Assembly: GCA_016186175.1 (NCBI GenBank)
Contig: JACPMB010000003.1
Coordinates: 8,508-72,507 of the forward strand
Length of the DNA stretch: 64,000 nt
Direction: 5' to 3'
Source of the DNA: Candidatus Peregrinibacteria bacterium
Lineage (GTDB): Bacteria; Patescibacteriota; Gracilibacteria; Peribacterales; Peribacteraceae
Made by a program: the position numbers and the translations under genes. The notes beneath the pieces are model-generated. The model saw only the letters and a list, made by a program, of their open reading frames with translations, did not search any database and had not been told where the DNA came from. Positions 27,962 through 39,683 of this stretch are shown here, in pieces (position 1 is the first letter of the stretch; every line of letters begins with the position of its first letter).

Positions 27962-28840
27962 ATGAGATCACTGTCAGTTTCATTCGCAGCTTTTCTGTTT
28001 GCGGCATCGCTCGCCGGATGTGCGGGGCTAACCGCGGACAAAACTCCACGGCAGCCGGCAACCGATTCGGGCGCGACAGTCGGTGAAGCACGCGGGAGCA
28101 CTTCGACTGTGCTCAGTGTAAACAAGCCCCCGCGCTTCACCCTGAGCTCGCCCCTGAAGGACAACATCATTCATGACGCGGCTGCCCATTCGAGCCTGAG
28201 AGGCCCGCAGCAGGGCCTTCGCACGGCAAGCAGCCGCGCTTTGTCGAAGGGCAAACTCGACTATGCCAGTGTTCTGGAACTGGCTATGAACGGGAACCAC
28301 GACGCCGAATTCGAACTTGGCGCCATGTTCCACGACGGTGACGGAGTCGGTCGGGATTTCGGCAAGGCACTTGAGTGGTACAGAAAAGCCGCATCTGCCG
28401 GCAATCGCCAGGCCGCGTTCAATCTCGGATTGATGCTCCAAAACGGCGAAGGCGCCGGCGCCGATCCCGACGCGGCCCGCAACTGGTTCATCCGCGCGTC
28501 GGATGCCGGAGACGCGCGCGGCGCGCTGCAACTCGGCACGATGGCGTATGCGGAAAAGGATTATTCGAAGGCGCTCTCCTACTTCCTTAAATCTGCGGGG
28601 CAGGGGCTAGCCGATGCGCAGATGAACGTCGGAATCATGCATATTCGCGGCGAAGGCGTGCCGTCGCAGGATCTCGTCGGTGGATACGCGTGGCTGACAC
28701 TGTCCAAAGAAGGCGGCAATCAGCGCGCGGCGGCGATGCTGGATGGTCTTTCTGGGAAGATGACGGAGGAACAGAAAATGGAAGGCAAAGCGAAGGCGCA
28801 GGAACTGGGAGCAGAGGTGAACGAGGCTGTGGGGGACTAG
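27962..28840 (+). CDS. Lipoprotein with SEL1-like repeats, carrying an in-frame repeat insertion
   Basis: LAGC lipobox; repeats such as AEFELGAMFHDGDGV...ALEWYRKAA. Confidence 0.88.
   Translation: MRSLSVSFAAFLFAASLAGCAGLTADKTPRQPATDSGATVGEARGSTSTVLSVNKPPRFTLSSPLKDNIIHDAAAHSSLRGPQQGLRTASSRALSKGKLDYASVLELAMNGNHDAEFELGAMFHDGDGVGRDFGKALEWYRKAASAGNRQAAFNLGLMLQNGEGAGADPDAARNWFIRASDAGDARGALQLGTMAYAEKDYSKALSYFLKSAGQGLADAQMNVGIMHIRGEGVPSQDLVGGYAWLTLSKEGGNQRAAAMLDGLSGKMTEEQKMEGKAKAQELGAEVNEAVGD
28081..28251 (+). repeat. Structured element copy 1 (in frame in the SEL1 gene)
   Basis: Near-identical to 33734-33875, with an extra CTTCGACTGTGCTCAGTGT REP in the first loop. Confidence 0.9.
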
Positions 28841-28851
28841 GGGTGAGGGGC

Positions 28852-30966
28852 TTACATGAACAGCGCCGCAAGAGCCAATGTCAGCGTCGAGAACAGCTTA
28901 ATCAGAACGTGGAGCGACGGCCCGGCGGTATCCTTGAAAGGATCTCCGACTGTGTCGCCGGTGACCGCCGCTTGGTGCGCGTGGCTGCGCTTGCCGCCGT
29001 GGATGCCGCCTTCGATGTACTTTTTCGCGTTGTCCCACGCACCGCCGGCGTTGTTGAGGTACGCAGCCAGAATGACGCCGACAATCGTGCCTACCATCAG
29101 GAGCCCGGCGACCGCCTCCTTTCCCAGGACGACGCCGACAAGGATTGGCGAGACAACCGCGACGATGCCCGGCATGATCATCTCCTTCAGCGCCGCGCGC
29201 GTGGAAATATCCACAGCTGCCGCGTAGTCTGGGTCCTCAGTGCCGCGCATGATCCCCGCCTTCTCCTTGAACTGGCGGCGGACCTCATGGACGATAACCG
29301 ACGCCGCGCGGCCGACCGCACGGATGGTGAGCGACGTGAAGAAGAACACCACCATGGCGCCGATGAACGCGCCAACGAAAACTTTGACATTTGCCAGATC
29401 AACGACCTCAAACTGCGCCTCCGTCAGATACGCGGAGAAAAGCAGAAAGGCCGCGAGCGCCGCCGAACCCACGGCATATCCCTTCGTGAGCGCCTTGGTT
29501 GTGTTTCCGGCGGCATCCAGCTCGTCGGTGACTTTTCGCATTTCCTCCGGCGCCTTGGACATCTCGACTATGCCTCCCGCGTTGTCCGTGATCGGTCCGA
29601 ACATATCCATCGAAAGGACATAGCCGACGACCGCCAGCATGCCCATGGTCGCTACGGCCGTCCCGTAAAGCGCGCCGCCATCGATCCCCGTTTGCTCGCC
29701 CAACCAGTACGCGCAGAAGAGCGCTACGCAGACCGTCAGCACAGTAAGACCGGTGGACTCCATGCCAATCGCCGTGCCGGAGATGATGTTAGTCGCGTGT
29801 CCCGTCGTCGAGGCGTCCGCAATGGACTGCACTGGGCGGTACTCCTTGCTTGTGTAGTAATCCGTGATGTAGACGAAAGCAACGGAGGTCAGGACGCCGA
29901 CCAGTCCGGCAAGAAAGTACCAAATCGCGGAATCGCTGAATATCGCAGGCAGGTCGTCGTGCAATATATCCGTCGGCGCGTTGAGCATCCAGCGCGAGCA
30001 AAAGTACAGGGCGATTGTCGTAAGGACGGCCGTGACCCAGAATCCGCGCGTCATCGCGCGCATGGGATTCTTCTCAGTATCTTTCGCCGAGACGGTGTAC
30101 ACTCCTATAATCGCAGCTACGAGCCCTATGGATCGCAGAACGAGCGGAAAGAGCACACCTTTGACGCCGAAGTACGGCACCAGCGCGACGCCGAGGATCA
30201 TCGCGCCGATGTTCTCGGCGGAGATGGATTCAAAGAGATCCGCGCCGCGCCCGGCGCAGTCGCCGACGTTATCGCCGACGAGATCGGCCACTACGGCCGG
30301 ATTGCGCGGATCATCCTCTGGTATGCCAGCCTCGATCTTGCCGACCAGATCCGCGCCGACGTCCGCCGCTTTCGTGTAAATCCCTCCACCGAGCTGCGCG
30401 AAAAGCGCCACGAAGCTCGCGCCGAAGCCGTACCCGACAATCAGCTTCGGGATGTCGGCTACGTCCAGCAGGAACACGAACTTGTAGAAGAGGTATAGAC
30501 CGCTGATTCCGAGCAGACTCAAGGCCGTGATAACGATCGCGGGGACCGCACCTCCACGCAGGGCCATCTGCAATGCACTATTGAGACCGCCTTTGGCCGC
30601 CGCCGCGCACTTGAGGTTGACGCGCGTTGCAACACGCATGCTCACCACTCCCGCGAGGCCGGATAAGAGCGCCCCCAAAAGGAACGCCGCCCCAGTCTCG
30701 ACGCCGTGTGTCCACGCACTCTCATCGCTGCCAGTAAGTCCGTAGAGCACCACTATCAAGACTGCAACGATGACGGTGAGGACTGCGATCGCCTGATACT
30801 GACGACGTATGAACGCCTGCGCCCCCGTACGGATCGCGTTGGCGACTTTTTTCATCTCATGCGTGCCGTCAGGCGCGTACTTGACCTGGTTCCAGAATAC
30901 GAGTGAATACAGGAGGCCGGCGATCGCTACGACAGGCGCGAAGAATTCGAGAAGATAGGAGGACAT
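28852..30966 (-). CDS. hppA: Membrane-bound pyrophosphatase, K+-independent type
   Basis: [34 protein letters not shown] (Lys indicates K+-independent), [14 protein letters not shown]. Confidence 0.96.
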   Translation of the reverse strand: MSSYLLEFFAPVVAIAGLLYSLVFWNQVKYAPDGTHEMKKVANAIRTGAQAFIRRQYQAIAVLTVIVAVLIVVLYGLTGSDESAWTHGVETGAAFLLGALLSGLAGVVSMRVATRVNLKCAAAAKGGLNSALQMALRGGAVPAIVITALSLLGISGLYLFYKFVFLLDVADIPKLIVGYGFGASFVALFAQLGGGIYTKAADVGADLVGKIEAGIPEDDPRNPAVVADLVGDNVGDCAGRGADLFESISAENIGAMILGVALVPYFGVKGVLFPLVLRSIGLVAAIIGVYTVSAKDTEKNPMRAMTRGFWVTAVLTTIALYFCSRWMLNAPTDILHDDLPAIFSDSAIWYFLAGLVGVLTSVAFVYITDYYTSKEYRPVQSIADASTTGHATNIISGTAIGMESTGLTVLTVCVALFCAYWLGEQTGIDGGALYGTAVATMGMLAVVGYVLSMDMFGPITDNAGGIVEMSKAPEEMRKVTDELDAAGNTTKALTKGYAVGSAALAAFLLFSAYLTEAQFEVVDLANVKVFVGAFIGAMVVFFFTSLTIRAVGRAASVIVHEVRRQFKEKAGIMRGTEDPDYAAAVDISTRAALKEMIMPGIVAVVSPILVGVVLGKEAVAGLLMVGTIVGVILAAYLNNAGGAWDNAKKYIEGGIHGGKRSHAHQAAVTGDTVGDPFKDTAGPSLHVLIKLFSTLTLALAALFM

Positions 30967-31103
30967 AGAAATGGGAGTAATGCCGATATTCGGATGAAAT
31001 TACCTGGGGCTGTTGCCCTGGAAGTGCGTAAAGACTAAAGATTTGAGCTTGGAAGTCAATGTACACGGCCTTTCGTTCACGGACGGAGCTATTATGTCAC
31101 CGT

Positions 31104-33284
31104 ATGGTTTCGACAGAGGAAGACAGGCTGTCCAATCTTCGCAAGCGAGTCGCCAGGGCGCCGCAGGATCCTGGCGTGTATAAATGGCTGGATGACAACG
31201 GACGCGTTCTGTACGTCGGAAAGGCGAAGAATTTGAGGAAGAGATTGAGCTCATACGTGCGATCGGCGCCACCACTAGGGCCGTGGAAGGAATCGTTCAT
31301 GCGGCAGATCGTCGATTTCGACGTGCTGGTCGCGACGTCCGAATTCGAAGCGCTGATTCTCGAAACGAATTTGATAAAGCAGCTGCGGCCCAAATACAAC
31401 GTCCTGATGAAGGACGACAAGAATCATATCTTCATCCGCGTCTCCGTACAGGATTCTTATCCGTCCGTCGCGACTGTCCGGCGATTCGAGCAGGACGGCG
31501 CAAGGTATTTCGGGCCGTACATGAACGGCGATGAAGTCAATCAGACGCTCGATCTGCTGCACGAAGCCGTCGGCTATCGCGCGTGCGCGCAGTCAATAGC
31601 AGCCATGAACAGGGGCGGGCGGGCGGTGCGTCCGTGCCTGGAATTCCAGATAGGCAGGTGCAACGGGCTGTGCGCCGGAAAAATCACGAAAGACGAATAC
31701 AGAAACCGGATTGATCAGATGGTTTCGTTTCTGAAGGGGCAAAAGGATTCAATCAAAAGCATCCTACTCGAGCGGATGCGCGCCGCAGCCGATGATCGCA
31801 AGTTCGAGCTTGCCGCGAAGCTGCGCAATTACATCGGCCTCATCGAAGGCGGAGCCGACGACAAACAGGTGGCCGCAGACGGCACCGGAGAAAATTCCGA
31901 CATTCTCGGCGTCGCAATATCAAGCAACCGCGCACACGTGACAATTCTGCACCGCCGCAACGGACGCTTGGTCGGCGAGTCGCATTTTGCGTTATCAGGC
32001 CATCCGGAATCCGCCGCATCGGTCCTTGAACAATTCATCCCGCAATACTACGACGACGGGCGCGAGATCCCGGAAGCAATAATCATTTCCGAAGCTCCGC
32101 CCGACGACGGCAAAGTGATTGAAATTCTTCTGAGGGAACGACGGAAAAAAGCGGCGCGGCTGATCGTTCCGGAGCGCGGAAAAAAATCAAGATTGCTGCA
32201 ACTCGCGGAACGAAACGCGCGCGAGCAAGCGCGCCAGATGGAACTCAAATGGGAAACGGAAGAACGCAATACCACAGGCGCGCTCGCGGAGCTTGCGGAG
32301 GCGCTCGCACTCCCAGCGCCGCCGCAGAGAATCGAAGGATATGACATCAGTCACCTGGGGGGGACGGAGACAGTCGGTTCTATGGTCGTCATAAAAGATG
32401 GCCGGGCGTCCAATGATCAGTACCGTTCATTCATCATCCGTACTATGCAGAGCGGCGAAGTGGATGACTGCAAGGCGATGAAAGAAGTGCTTACGAGACG
32501 ACTGCGGAGACTCACGGAGAATGTGCGCGGGGAAGAGAATAAATGGAATACGGAAGGAATCACGTTCGGAAAGGCCTTGAAGAAGGATCAGGCGGAGATC
32601 GAGCGGATCCACGCCGCGAACACAGACGATATGGAGAATTCCAACGTCCGTTGCGGCAACTGCATCGTTGCGCGTCACGATGGATCAATCGTCGGTTTCG
32701 GCCGGATATACAAGCATCCTAAGAGCATCATGGAGCTGGAATCCGTCTGGGTGGACGAACCGTTCCGCGGAGGAAAGCTAGGCCAATTAATCGCCCGAAA
32801 ACTCCTGCGCATGATCAAGAAAGGCAAGGTGTACTCCAAAGTGCAACCCGAATTGGAGCAATATTACGCGGATATTGGATTCCGATACATCATAACCACG
32901 CCAAAAGAACTCCTCCGTCCATCCGCGAAAAGAAAATGTCGAACGGCGAGGGTTGTGATGATGTGGGAGTCCAGCCGCAATAAAACGGACGCATCGCTCT
33001 CGTCGAAACCAGACCTTATAGTCGTTGACGGCGGCAAGGGACAGCTAAATGCCGCAGACGGCGTCGTGAAGTCATTCGGTCTCGACATTCCGGTGGTCGC
33101 TTTGGCCAAGCGCGAGGAGGAAATTTTCGCTCAGGGGCGATCAAGCAAGATCGCATGCCCCGATGAATCACCAGCGAAGTTCCTGTTGATGCGGTTGCGC
33201 GACGAGGCGCACCGCTTTGCAAACGCGCATCGCGTGAAGCGGACGATCAATGCAATCAAATCGCCGCATGGAAAAGCGAAATGA
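31104..33284 (+). CDS. uvrC: Excinuclease ABC subunit C with inserted GNAT-like domain
   Basis: PGVY..YVGKAKNLRKR, RIEGYDISH, PDLIVVDGGKGQ, LRDEAHRFA; insert contains VWVDEPFRGGKLGQ. Confidence 0.93.
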   Translation: MVSTEEDRLSNLRKRVARAPQDPGVYKWLDDNGRVLYVGKAKNLRKRLSSYVRSAPPLGPWKESFMRQIVDFDVLVATSEFEALILETNLIKQLRPKYNVLMKDDKNHIFIRVSVQDSYPSVATVRRFEQDGARYFGPYMNGDEVNQTLDLLHEAVGYRACAQSIAAMNRGGRAVRPCLEFQIGRCNGLCAGKITKDEYRNRIDQMVSFLKGQKDSIKSILLERMRAAADDRKFELAAKLRNYIGLIEGGADDKQVAADGTGENSDILGVAISSNRAHVTILHRRNGRLVGESHFALSGHPESAASVLEQFIPQYYDDGREIPEAIIISEAPPDDGKVIEILLRERRKKAARLIVPERGKKSRLLQLAERNAREQARQMELKWETEERNTTGALAELAEALALPAPPQRIEGYDISHLGGTETVGSMVVIKDGRASNDQYRSFIIRTMQSGEVDDCKAMKEVLTRRLRRLTENVRGEENKWNTEGITFGKALKKDQAEIERIHAANTDDMENSNVRCGNCIVARHDGSIVGFGRIYKHPKSIMELESVWVDEPFRGGKLGQLIARKLLRMIKKGKVYSKVQPELEQYYADIGFRYIITTPKELLRPSAKRKCRTARVVMMWESSRNKTDASLSSKPDLIVVDGGKGQLNAADGVVKSFGLDIPVVALAKREEEIFAQGRSSKIACPDESPAKFLLMRLRDEAHRFANAHRVKRTINAIKSPHGKAK

Positions 33285-33409
33285 CAGGCGCAGTCCGCCG
33301 CAGGAATCACACGAAAGGCCGACGTGTAATGAAACCGTTGGTTTTTTTTGGCGATTTTTTTGCACTTCTTTCAAAAACGACTACACTGCAGCCATCTTAC
33401 TCTCAGATT

Positions 33410-33739
33410 ATGCGCAAATTCTCTCTACTGCTCGGCACTCTCGGAGGCGCGCTCGCCGGTTACATACTGAGCAACGAAAGACTGCGCAAGCAAATGGCGA
33501 GCGCACCCAACGCCGAGGCGATGGCCAAGCTGCTCGGTCAGCAACTCACGAAAGACGGAAGAAAAGTCGCTAAGGAAGTGAAGGGATTTGTGGAGAGCGA
33601 GGACGTGCAGAATAATCTCAAGAAAGCGAAGGCATTCGCCAGCCAGAAGCTCGGATCCGCACAGAAGGAATTGAAAAAGTACGCGAAAAAGGGCTACAGG
33701 GAGGCGAAGAAGTATGCCACAGGCATGATTTCGCGGTGA
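33410..33739 (+). CDS. Small YtxH-like membrane-anchored protein
   Basis: LGTLGGALAGY anchor followed by a basic helical tail. Confidence 0.7.
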   Translation: MRKFSLLLGTLGGALAGYILSNERLRKQMASAPNAEAMAKLLGQQLTKDGRKVAKEVKGFVESEDVQNNLKKAKAFASQKLGSAQKELKKYAKKGYREAKKYATGMISR

Positions 33740-33875
33740 AGCGCGGAGGCAAGCACCCGCGCTTCACCCTGAGTTCGCCCCCGAAAGACAACATCATTCA
33801 TGACGCGACTGCCCATTCGGGCCTGAGAGGCCCTCAGGGCCTTCGAACGGCAAGCAGTCGCGCTTTGTCGAAGGG
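33734..33875 (+). repeat. Structured element copy 2 (upstream of pyrG)
   Basis: Near-identical to 28081-28251. Confidence 0.9.
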
Positions 33876-33932
33876 TGACAGTTGCGCGTCAAAGCAAAGA
33901 CGCGGCATTGCAAGGCAGAAAAAACCGAGTAA

Positions 33933-35720
<1,788 letters not shown>

Positions 35721-35768
35721 AAACATCACACAAAAACATGGAGTGGCTGCGCACGCTATGCTACGTCC

Positions 35769-36506
35769 ATGCCCATCCTCTCAGTCACTCACCTCTCCCT
35801 TACCCTCAACAGCCAGCAAATCCTCAAGAACGTGACCTTCTCCGTCGAACAAGGTGAAGTGATTGGATTGATAGGGCCCAACGGCTCGGGAAAGACGACG
35901 CTGTTCAACGTGCTTTCCGGATTTCTTAAGCCGACGAGCGGCGTCATGCACTTCCGCGACGCCGACATCACGTCGGTCTCCCCCGCCCAGCGCGCGCGGC
36001 TGGGTATTGGAAGAGTATTCCAGAACTTCGGGATATTCCGTGAGATGACGCTGGAGGAGAACGTGCTCGTCGCGCTCGAGGCGCTGCCAAAAGAACAGAG
36101 GATGCTGCTGGGCAGCATCAAAGATGCTGTGAAGGGGACGCTCGACATGGTCGGGCTGAGCCACCACGCGAAGAAGAAGGCCGGCTCGCTCAGCGGAGGA
36201 CAGATGCGCCTGCTCGAGATCGCGCGCACCCTGAAGAGCGGCAAGGAACTGTTCCTTTTAGATGAGCCTACCGCCGGCGTGAGCCCGAAGATGACCAGGC
36301 AGGTGGCCGACCTGATCGGGGAGCTTAAGAAGGAAGGGAAGACCGTCCTAATCATAGAGCACGACCTGCCGTTCATCTCCCAGATATGCGACCGCGTGCT
36401 CGTCCTGGACGTCGGCGAGGTGGTGCTGAGCGGGGCGCCGCGGGAGATCAAGCACGATAAAAAGCTGCAGGAAATTTACTTCGGCGCCGACGCGGCGCCG
36501 TACTGA
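35769..36506 (+). CDS. Branched-chain amino acid ABC transporter ATPase (LivG-like)
   Basis: GPNGSGKTT, LSGGQ, LLDEPTAG, IEHD. Confidence 0.9.
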   Translation: MPILSVTHLSLTLNSQQILKNVTFSVEQGEVIGLIGPNGSGKTTLFNVLSGFLKPTSGVMHFRDADITSVSPAQRARLGIGRVFQNFGIFREMTLEENVLVALEALPKEQRMLLGSIKDAVKGTLDMVGLSHHAKKKAGSLSGGQMRLLEIARTLKSGKELFLLDEPTAGVSPKMTRQVADLIGELKKEGKTVLIIEHDLPFISQICDRVLVLDVGEVVLSGAPREIKHDKKLQEIYFGADAAPY

Positions 36507-36643
36507 GCCTGTCGAAAAATCGTACTTCGAGATGCCCTCCACGAGTTCAGAAACGAAGTTGCACACCTAGACTTAGAGATGCCCCTTTACAAAGCCACGA
36601 TTCTGAGGGAAAGTACGCCTGACATTCCTTTCCCCATTTTCGT

Positions 36644-37756
36644 ATGAAGCGCTCTCTCGCACTTCTTTCATTGACAGCCCTCGCGTTGACGGCCTGCCAA
36701 CCCGCCGGAGGCGGCACGATCAAGATCGGCTATATCGGCCCATTGACCGGCGACGCGGCGTCGTACGGCGTTGACACATTGAACGGCGTGAAAATGAAAA
36801 TCGAAGAAATCAACGCCGCTGGCGGCATCAACGGCCGTCAAATCGAAATCGTCGCCGAAGACGGCAAGTGCACGGGTTCCGAGGCCGCAAGCGCCGCACA
36901 GAAGCTCGTCAACGTGGACAAGGTCATCGCCATCGTCGGCGGCCAGTGCAGCGGCGAAACACTAGCGGCGGCGCCGATCGCCGAAGAGGGCAAGGTCGTC
37001 ATTGTCTCACCGGTCTCCAGCAGCCCGGATGTGACGAAGGCGGGCGATTACGTCTTCCGCGATTACCCGAGCGACGCGCTGAAGACGAAAGCGATGGCGA
37101 AGTACTTCGCAGAGGAGAAGATAACGAAGGTCGCGATGATATCGGAGAACACCGATTTCGCTTCGGCCTTCCGCGCCTCGCTAAAGGAGAATCTTCCGGC
37201 GGACGCCGTCGTATTCGACGAAGTCGTCGAGCCGGGAACGAAGGATTTTCGGACGCTCATGACCCGCCTCAAGAATGTGAAGTTCGATACCTTCTTCCCG
37301 AACGCCCAATCGGATGCGACCATGGCGGCGATGATGCAGCAGTTCCGCGACCAGGGCATGAAGCAGCCAGCCATCAGCCATGACATCGCCGACTCCGTCA
37401 CGCTTGCCAAGCTCGCGCCAGAGGCCGTGGAAGGCATGTGGGTGATCAACGTGCCGACCTCCGGCCAGGGAACGTCGTTCGAAACGGACTTCACGGCGAA
37501 GTACGGCGCCGCTCAGGCGACGATCGCGTTCGCAGCTCACGCGTACGACGCAGCGGGCGTGATCGCCGAAGCCCTAAAGGCAGGAGCAACCGACGGGACG
37601 GCGATTAAGGACTGGCTTTACAATATGAAGGAGTACAAAGGTGTCGTCGGCGCGTTCAGTTTTGATCGGAACGGCGACGTCGTCGGCGTCCCGTACGGCC
37701 TCAAACAGTTTCAGAAAGGAGTGATCAGGCAGGTAAAAGGAATCAGTGTAGACTGA
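36644..37756 (+). CDS. LIV-type ABC substrate-binding lipoprotein
   Basis: LTAC lipobox, IKIGYIGPLTG, INAAGGINGR, AYDA. Confidence 0.92.
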   Translation: MKRSLALLSLTALALTACQPAGGGTIKIGYIGPLTGDAASYGVDTLNGVKMKIEEINAAGGINGRQIEIVAEDGKCTGSEAASAAQKLVNVDKVIAIVGGQCSGETLAAAPIAEEGKVVIVSPVSSSPDVTKAGDYVFRDYPSDALKTKAMAKYFAEEKITKVAMISENTDFASAFRASLKENLPADAVVFDEVVEPGTKDFRTLMTRLKNVKFDTFFPNAQSDATMAAMMQQFRDQGMKQPAISHDIADSVTLAKLAPEAVEGMWVINVPTSGQGTSFETDFTAKYGAAQATIAFAAHAYDAAGVIAEALKAGATDGTAIKDWLYNMKEYKGVVGAFSFDRNGDVVGVPYGLKQFQKGVIRQVKGISVD

Positions 37757-37843
37757 AAGGAGAATGTAGCTCGCAATCAGTGCACTCATCGCAGGTTCCA
37801 TCGCCACGGCATTCGCGAATGCCGTGGCGAGCCCCGCTGATCT

Positions 37844-38719
37844 ATGCAATTAATAGTGAACGGTCTCATTGCTGGTTCTCTGGCTGCTCTCATGGCGGGG
37901 GGGCTGGCCTTGGTGTACGGCGTTCTCGGGATCTTCAATCTCGCCCTCGGCCAACTGGCGCTTATTGGCGGCTACGGAACATGGTGGCTGCACGCATCGG
38001 GCATTCCACTCTTCCCGAGCCTCATAGGCGGGATGGCGATTGGTGCGATATTCACATGGCTGACGTTCGAAATCGCGGTCGCGCCATTCTACCGAAGAGA
38101 TGCGCGGATTCCTCTCGTGACGACGATTGCCTGGAGCATGATCCTCGATGCCGCAATCCTCCTGACCCTCGAAGAACGTCCGAGATCAATTCTCCCGGGG
38201 GGCAAGCACTTTCTTCCATTTGATGCAGTGCGCATCAGCGTCGAACAGATCGTTCTAATCGGCTGCACGCTCATTTTCGTCTGTGTCGTGGCGTGGGTGC
38301 TCCACTCGACGCCATTCGGCAGAAAAATCCGCGCCACCGTGCAGCATCCCGACGCCGCTCGAAGCCTGGGGATCTCCTCGTCGCTCCTTCACCGGATCGT
38401 CTTCATCGTGAGCGGCGTTCTGGCCGCCTGCGGCGGGATCTACATCGGAATTGATCAGAACCTGACGCCAACCCTGGCGTTCCCTGTGACGATCAAGGCG
38501 TACGCCGCGCTGATCGCGGGAGGGAAGGACAACTTCTGGGGAACGATTCTGGCGGCATACATTATCGCGATGCTTGAGCAACTCGCCGTCGGGACGCCGT
38601 GGTGGTTCGGCAACTACGTTTCAGCGGGATACCAGAGCATCGTGGCGCTGCTGTTCATCATCGTCGTGCTCCTCATCAAGCCGACGGGGCTGTTTTCCCA
38701 CAGAGCGCGCGCCGCATGA
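37844..38719 (+). CDS. livH: LIV-type ABC permease (LivH-like)
   Basis: QLIVNGL..GS, GLALVYGVLGIFNLA, TPFGRKIRA, KPTGLF. Confidence 0.88.
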   Translation: MQLIVNGLIAGSLAALMAGGLALVYGVLGIFNLALGQLALIGGYGTWWLHASGIPLFPSLIGGMAIGAIFTWLTFEIAVAPFYRRDARIPLVTTIAWSMILDAAILLTLEERPRSILPGGKHFLPFDAVRISVEQIVLIGCTLIFVCVVAWVLHSTPFGRKIRATVQHPDAARSLGISSSLLHRIVFIVSGVLAACGGIYIGIDQNLTPTLAFPVTIKAYAALIAGGKDNFWGTILAAYIIAMLEQLAVGTPWWFGNYVSAGYQSIVALLFIIVVLLIKPTGLFSHRARAA

Positions 38720-38731
38720 GCTGGCACGGCG

Positions 38732-39613
38732 ATGCCGCGCTTCTACAACCTCCCGGAAATGCCATTTTTCTTCCACCTCATTACCGTCATCGCCATCGCC
38801 CTCCCGGCGCAGCTGGGTTACACGTTCGTGTTCGGCCGCGGGAAGATCTTACATTTCGGGCCGATCGGCGTCTCCACAGTCGCCGCGTACGGGACATTTC
38901 TAACGCTGAACGCGACCGGGAGCTTCCTACTGGGACTCTGCGCGGGAGTCCTAATGGCCTTGGCGTTCTCACTCCTCTTCGCCTGGCTATCGTTCCGCCT
39001 GGATTCGGACGGGCTCGGCATCATGTCAATCGCCGTCTACCTGGCGCTCTTCGCGGTGGTCTTGAACTGGACGAGTCTCACGCGCGGTGCGTTGGGGTTG
39101 CCGCGGATCCCACGCGTGCCGTTCGCGGATTCGGCCATGTCCTTCGCGCTACTGACAACTGGAGCGTGTGTCTTGTGGACGCTCTTCTTCCTCTGGCTGG
39201 ACCGTACGAAGCTCGCGCGGCAGGTGAGCGCGCTGGCGGAAGGAGAATGGCATGCGAAGGCGCTCGGCATCAGCAGGGCGGGCGCGCACATCGCCGCATT
39301 CGTGATACTGGGCTTGACGCTGGCAAGCGACAACTTCTTCTACGCGCAGTACTATCATCTTCTGCATCCCTCGGACTACTACTTCCCCGCCTTCGTGTCG
39401 CTGCTCATGATCACCGTCGCGGGAAAGCCCGGAAGCACGCCCGGTGCCATCATCGCGACGATCCTACTGTCGCTCCTCAAAGAAGGTCTCCGCTTCCTCC
39501 CCTTCCCTTCGGCCGTCCTCGGGCCGCTGCGCTTGATGTTATTTGGAATCATTCTGCTGGCAGCAGTTTGGATTCAGAGAGACACATTATTTCCCAAGAA
39601 ACGGACAATCTGA
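38732..39613 (+). CDS. livM: LIV-type ABC permease (LivM-like)
   Basis: NWTSLTRGALGL, AKALGI, LLKEGLRFL. Confidence 0.82.
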   Translation: MPRFYNLPEMPFFFHLITVIAIALPAQLGYTFVFGRGKILHFGPIGVSTVAAYGTFLTLNATGSFLLGLCAGVLMALAFSLLFAWLSFRLDSDGLGIMSIAVYLALFAVVLNWTSLTRGALGLPRIPRVPFADSAMSFALLTTGACVLWTLFFLWLDRTKLARQVSALAEGEWHAKALGISRAGAHIAAFVILGLTLASDNFFYAQYYHLLHPSDYYFPAFVSLLMITVAGKPGSTPGAIIATILLSLLKEGLRFLPFPSAVLGPLRLMLFGIILLAAVWIQRDTLFPKKRTI

Positions 39614-39683
39614 GCGCTAATTCGATAACCCGTTATTCTCAAAGATGAATTATCTTACATTCCATTCCGCTATAATTTGGCAT

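Noticed and set aside
28690-30498. 602-aa plus-strand ORF
   Set aside because: Antisense shadow of hppA with no motifs.
33822-33850. CTGAGA-stem-...GAA resembling a hammerhead core, and CAGG...AGCAG resembling SRP helix 8
   Set aside because: CUGANGA and GAAA are not intact, there is no GNRA-capped SRP helix, and the covarying stem pairs differently.
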